NCBI GenBank assembly: GCA_018304465.1
Contig: JAGVWC010000006.1
Span: 1 to 50,047, forward strand
Length of the DNA: 50,047 nucleotides
Reading direction: 5' to 3'
From: Candidatus Iainarchaeum sp.
GTDB taxonomy: Archaea > Iainarchaeota > Iainarchaeia > Iainarchaeales > JAGVWC01
Shown here: positions 48,742 to 50,047 of the stretch, in pieces
How positions within the stretch are numbered: position 1 is the stretch's first letter
Layout of the letters: each line of letters opens with the position of its first letter
Made by a program: the position numbers and the translations under genes
The notes under the pieces: generated by a model
What the model saw: the letters and a program-made list of their open reading frames with translations, nothing else
What the model was told of the DNA's origin: nothing
The model's database searches: none

Positions 48742-49788
48742 TTACTCGGAAGCACTCTGGGCATCAGCGGTTTTGGCCCCTTGTTTTTGATTGCGATAAA
48801 ACTGCAGCGGATGCGTGACCGGACAATTGGCCACGCACAATTCGTACTCGCGCATTTTGGCGCAACTGGAAGGCGAATACTTGGCTTTTCCGTGACCCGC
48901 GATCCGCTCGACCTGATACCGCGTGACTTTCTCGTCAAAATTCGGCGCGCCTTTGAACGCGTCCACGATCTGATCGGTCGGCATTCCGATCGCCACCAAA
49001 AAAGTCGCGAGATTAAAACGACCCGGATGATTCACGTTTTGCCCCGCCAATAATTCGGAATAGATCTTGGCCATGCACGGCGGAAACGCGTCTTGATCCA
49101 CGGAACCCAACGACTTGAAATCGAACTCTTGGCGTTTTCGAAACGCCAGCTGTTCCTTCAGTTGACGCGAAACATCCACAAAATTTTTCGGAACGTTTTC
49201 AAGCGACACCGGAAGCGACGACGCCACGCGTTCACGCGAAAGCTCCGACAAAAACCGGCAAAAATCGTTCCGATTCAAAAAAATCGTTCCGCTATCCAGT
49301 TGCTGGTTCACCAGTTTCATGAAATCCTCGCGAAAATTCGCTTCCAAAAAATCCGTCAACGCCACTTGCGCGAAAAAACCTTGTTTCGAACTCGGATGCG
49401 CTTTCGAATTCATTTCATTGGCCAACCCCAACAAGGTTTCCTTGTTCGATTCCAGCGACAAATAAAAAAAAGTCTGGCGCGCGAACAAATCCGCGAACCG
49501 ATCGAAAAACTCCGGCTGGTTCATGGCTGACAACAAAATCTTGGCCACCGGAAACGCCTGCACGTCCGTTAACAACAAATCCGACGAACCAATCTGGCGC
49601 TCGGAAAAAAACTTTTCATACTCCGCTTTCTTGTGCGGTTTTTGGGCGAAAACAATCAACAACACCGCTTTTTTCAACACCTGGGCCGGCACCCGGTTCA
49701 ATTCAAAACCGTTCAGTTTCAAGACCTGGCGGCTCGTGGCCGAAAACGGGAACTTGGAGGCAAACCGTAATTCGTCAATCGAAAACAT
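48742..49788 (-). CDS. priL: DNA primase large subunit
   Basis: KFPF, FPPCM, H.GRF.LATFL, PNFDEKVTRYQV, Y.P.SC..M....LC...C...HPL. Confidence 0.93.
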   Translation of the reverse strand: MFSIDELRFASKFPFSATSRQVLKLNGFELNRVPAQVLKKAVLLIVFAQKPHKKAEYEKFFSERQIGSSDLLLTDVQAFPVAKILLSAMNQPEFFDRFADLFARQTFFYLSLESNKETLLGLANEMNSKAHPSSKQGFFAQVALTDFLEANFREDFMKLVNQQLDSGTIFLNRNDFCRFLSELSRERVASSLPVSLENVPKNFVDVSRQLKEQLAFRKRQEFDFKSLGSVDQDAFPPCMAKIYSELLAGQNVNHPGRFNLATFLVAIGMPTDQIVDAFKGAPNFDEKVTRYQVERIAGHGKAKYSPSSCAKMREYELCVANCPVTHPLQFYRNQKQGAKTADAQSASE

Positions 49789-49848
49789 GCTAATACAAGC
49801 GCCCAAAAAGAGTTAAAAAACACGCGACCGAACCGCCGGTAAAACACG

Positions 49849-50046
49849 TTATTTCTTGAAATACTCGAATCCGATCGCGCCCAACGCCAATAAGATCACG
49901 CCAATCGAAACCCAAAGTATGGGATCGGATTCGGAAACCGGTTTTAGTTGCTGCGAAACATTCGCACACACACCCGCTTTGCACACACTCCCCACATCAC
50001 ACGGCTCCCCCTCCGGCAACTGTCCTCCGTAACACTGATTGCGAAT
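49849..50046 (-). CDS. 3' end of a Cys-rich surface protein with C-terminal TM anchor (partial)
   Basis: ...PEGEPCDVGSVCKAGVC...LWVSIGVILLALGAIGFEYFKK*; open to the window edge. Confidence 0.75.
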   Translation of the reverse strand: MRNQCYGGQLPEGEPCDVGSVCKAGVCANVSQQLKPVSESDPILWVSIGVILLALGAIGFEYFKK

Positions 50047-50047
50047 A

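Noticed and set aside
220-49984. Numerous antisense and alternate-frame ORFs in the track (e.g. 1650-2252, 2630-3265, 20617-21354, 23665-24360)
   Set aside because: They overlap well-supported genes, lack motifs and are explained as shadow ORFs
1-50047. CRISPR array, integrase, transposase, reverse transcriptase
   Set aside because: No regularly spaced repeats or diagnostic motifs seen; no second copy of the tRNA-Cys 3' end noticed

Overview
Gene-dense archaeal chromosome segment. The gene content, Methanococcales-type S-layer signal and reduced gene clusters suggest a DPANN archaeon, possibly Iainarchaeota/Diapherotrites-like (inference). Housekeeping genes: cutA, ADP-forming acetyl-CoA synthetase alpha, mre11, degenerate thiI, rpl10e, dph2, pyrH, aRF1, truD, TIGR00375/EndoQ-like, PAC2, aIF2-alpha, GINS, priS, priL, tRNA-Cys. 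Also present: a copper-resistance cluster, a ROK/NagB amino-sugar pair, a GT2/S-layer envelope cluster, an accessory block after tRNA-Cys (Fic, Cys-rich surface protein, ABC-F) and a decaying AT-rich virus-like island (~40.3-42.8 kb). Main observations: (1) a 502-aa LAGLIDADG+HTH intein exactly between the catalytic GGQ and the following Ser of release factor aRF1; (2) dispersed Arg/Lys-tipped orphan proteins, two of which are kinase-fold proteins with His in place of the catalytic Asp (HxHPHxxN); (3) an unannotated ~180-nt structured RNA candidate, possibly a very divergent SRP RNA; (4) a split S-layer gene; (5) a micro-ORF unit divergent from an Lrp regulator; (6) short diverged duplicates of gene ends and a recurring palindromic mini-element. 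No CRISPR array, integrase, transposase or reverse transcriptase was seen. All calls come from reading motifs by eye; no searches were run.
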